DNA from: a cyanobacterium endosymbiont of Epithemia turgida isolate EtSB Lake Yunoko
GTDB lineage: Bacteria; Cyanobacteriota; Cyanobacteriia; Cyanobacteriales; Microcystaceae
Direction of reading: 5' to 3'
Assembly (NCBI RefSeq): GCF_000829235.1
Contig: NZ_AP012549.1
Location: 120,001 to 152,000 of the forward strand
Length of the DNA: 32,000 bases
The position numbers were made by a program, and so were the translations under genes. The notes under the pieces were generated by a model. That model searched no databases. It worked only from the letters and a program-made list of their open reading frames with translations, and had not been told where the DNA came from. Each line of letters begins with the position of its first letter. Within the stretch, counting starts at the first letter, position 1. Of the stretch, positions 30,075-32,000 are shown in pieces.

Positions 30075-30696
30075 TAAATAAAAATTTAAAGTTTTACTTT
30101 GATATGGTTCCAAAATTTTATAACTCTAATTTCTATAAATATCTAGTTTCTAAAATTGAATAATACAGTCAAAGTATAAATCTTGTAATTTATTAGCTAC
30201 TAATTTATTAGACTAACTCTGAAAGAACCACCAAAATACTTATGAGAAATATCGAGTTGGAAGAAGACACTTACAATCTTTTAGTGTCGCAATCAAAGCA
30301 CATTTAGGATTAAGTAAGCTAAAAAAGTTAGAATAAATCTAATTGACACTCAGAAACAAGCTGAAAGATCAAAAAACAAATTTTCTCGCTTTAGTTAAAG
30401 GAAATAAGTATCTTTAGGTTTAGCTGGGTAATAAGAAAATCGAAATAAAGAGAAAAGAGTTTCTGGACAAAAAAAACAATATATTTACAACCGATGAGTA
30501 ATAAGTAATTTTAATTGTAGAGAAAGCAGGACGGAAATAATAGATAAATAACAAATTTTCTATTTAGAGAAAGATTACTAAAATAATAATGTTCTATTCT
30601 TAGGTAGGGAAACTTTCACCATACGCTGATTATTTTTTCTGAAATTGGTTATCTCATAGTTAGGATGTTCCTTTTGTTGATACTTTTATACTGTCT

Positions 30697-31161
30697 ATGT
30701 TGACTATTATTGGTTGTGGTAATCTAAATCGATCTGATGATGCTGTAGGGGTTGTCATTGCTCAAAACCTTCAGGAATTTCTTTTAAAACATCCTGCTTC
30801 TAATGTTCGTATCTATGATTGTGGAACAGCTGGAATAGAAGTTATGTTCCAAGCTCAAGGTAGTCAAAAATTAATTATTATTGATGCATGTTCGACTAAT
30901 TCTTCTCCAGGAACTATTTTTGAAGTCCCTGGAGAAGAGTTAGAGAACTTACCAACACCAAGTTATAACTTACATAATTTTCGGTGGGATAATGCCTTAG
31001 CAGCCGGACGTAAAATTTTTAAAAACGATTTTCCTCAAGAGGTAATCGTCTACTTAATTGAAGCAAAAAATTTAAACCTAGGATTGGAATTAACTCCTCC
31101 AATACGAAAAGCTGCCACAGTGGTTTTGGAGAAGTTAAAAAAACAAATTATAAATTGGTGA
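30697..31161 (+). CDS. hupW: [NiFe]-hydrogenase maturation endopeptidase (HupW/HybD family)
   Basis: 154-aa ORF. N-terminus MLTIIGCGNLNRSDDAVGV, then IIIDA and HNFRW motifs. These match the metal-ligand pattern (D, D, H) of hydrogenase C-terminal processing proteases. The N-terminus is very like cyanobacterial HupW as I remember it. Confidence 0.88.
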   Translation: MLTIIGCGNLNRSDDAVGVVIAQNLQEFLLKHPASNVRIYDCGTAGIEVMFQAQGSQKLIIIDACSTNSSPGTIFEVPGEELENLPTPSYNLHNFRWDNALAAGRKIFKNDFPQEVIVYLIEAKNLNLGLELTPPIRKAATVVLEKLKKQIINW

Positions 31162-31165
31162 CAAC

Positions 31166-31714
31166 TTAAGTAAAATATTTCTCGAGTAAATTATCCACTT
31201 GTCTGACACTAACCTGATTATATTGAATTTCATCAGGTAGAATTACTATGTTCGGTCCTTTTTTGCATTGTTTAAGACATTCTGTCAACCTAATTTCTAC
31301 CTGATTCATTAAACTGCGGTCAACTAATTTTGCCTGTATTTGTTGATATAATGATTTTCCTCCTCGCTCCCAACACCTAGTTTGTTTACAGACTAAAATC
31401 TTCTTTTTACTAGCTTGTTCCGGCATAATCATCACACAGGCTTTTTGAGGTCGAGTTAAAGTTTTAATAGTTTCCGCTTTAAGTTTAAAAATTCCCATAC
31501 TACCCTTTGTTTCCCTAGTTCCTTGAATTTCTAGCCAATCCTTAGGAGAAAGTTTAATATCTAAATAAACTCCTAATTCTTTGGGAATTTCTACCCAAAA
31601 TTCTCTTGAAGTTACTTTAATACGCAAATATTTAGTTATTAGTGCGTTTTTCATGACAAAACTTTCTAATTGACCGATAAGGAGGAAAGGAGAAATAGTT
31701 AAAAACTTTGACAT
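31166..31714 (-). CDS. Thioredoxin-like [2Fe-2S] ferredoxin domain protein
   Basis: 182-aa ORF. The C-terminal half is KKILVCKQTRCWERGGKSLY...CLKQCKKGPNIVILPD, the CxxxxC...CxxxC thioredoxin-like ferredoxin pattern. It is convergent with hupW and the two stop codons are 4 nt apart. The true start may be the internal MKNALI. Confidence 0.75.
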   Translation of the reverse strand: MSKFLTISPFLLIGQLESFVMKNALITKYLRIKVTSREFWVEIPKELGVYLDIKLSPKDWLEIQGTRETKGSMGIFKLKAETIKTLTRPQKACVMIMPEQASKKKILVCKQTRCWERGGKSLYQQIQAKLVDRSLMNQVEIRLTECLKQCKKGPNIVILPDEIQYNQVSVRQVDNLLEKYFT

Positions 31715-32000
31715 CTTTTTTTATTTATTAATGAAATAATTGATAATTAAACTTATTAGTAATAACAACAATAATTTAACTAGTAGATTAATTCTTTACT
31801 AGAGCTTAATCATCCCTTAACCACACTCAAAAGTTGGATGACGACAATAGGACTAGTTGGACTTATAATAGTTGATTAATACAGCAATGTCAGGGAATTT
31901 ATAAATCTTGAAGATAAATAATGTACACTTCAACGATCACTATAAACCAGTTTTTATGACTTAAGGTTAATTCTAAAGAAAAATCAACTTAGTTTATTGA

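Noticed and set aside
30600-30696. NtcA-type site (GTA-N8-TAC) or heterocyst DIF1 (TCCGGA) promoter motif upstream of hupW
   Set aside because: gtaggg...atac has the wrong spacing (15 nt), and gttgatacttttatac does not fit GTA-N8-TAC. The TCCGGA occurrences I found lie inside coding sequence (clpC, ykgJ).
1-32000. CRISPR arrays, IS elements or transposases, integrases, phage or defence genes
   Set aside because: I looked for regularly spaced direct repeats and for transposase, integrase or nuclease-like ORFs on both strands and found none. The repeated words in the spacers are low-complexity A/T strings without constant spacing.
1-32000. HIP1 (GCGATCGC) palindromes typical of many cyanobacteria
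   Set aside because: Only degenerate versions are present (e.g. gcgatcgt near 16073, tgatcgcc near 2552). Absence from one 32-kb window is not informative enough to report as a finding.

Overview
Best reading: a chromosomal segment of an AT-rich cyanobacterium whose genome is being eroded. Gene content is cyanobacterial housekeeping: clpC, rimI, mnmE, a Ski2-like DEAD/DEAH helicase, bcp/prxQ, two tRNA-Ser genes, a YkgJ Cys-cluster protein, a PlsC-like acyltransferase, a UPF0104 membrane protein, larC, a TPR protein, hupW and two 2Fe-2S ferredoxin-like proteins. The intact CDSs I accept sum to about 15 kb of 32 kb. The rest is at least two clear multi-hit pseudogenes (cobQ; a yrdC/tsaC-like gene), probable older gene remnants, and very AT-rich ORF-free spacers of 0.6-2.8 kb. 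As an example of their composition, 8101-8160 has 10 G/C in 60 nt. The spacers carry a striking set of long perfect inverted repeats, with arms of 15-28 bp. I found no CRISPR array, transposase, phage genes, defence operon or rRNA. hupW points to a diazotroph, and the low coding density plus pseudogenes fit a host-associated reduced lineage (Richelia-like or spheroid-body-like). That taxonomic guess is inference and cannot be settled without database searches. I see no multi-gene novel system. The most unusual signals are the spacer architecture and the long hairpins, above all the cluster at 29768-30074 and the 28-bp-arm hairpin at 7812-7871.
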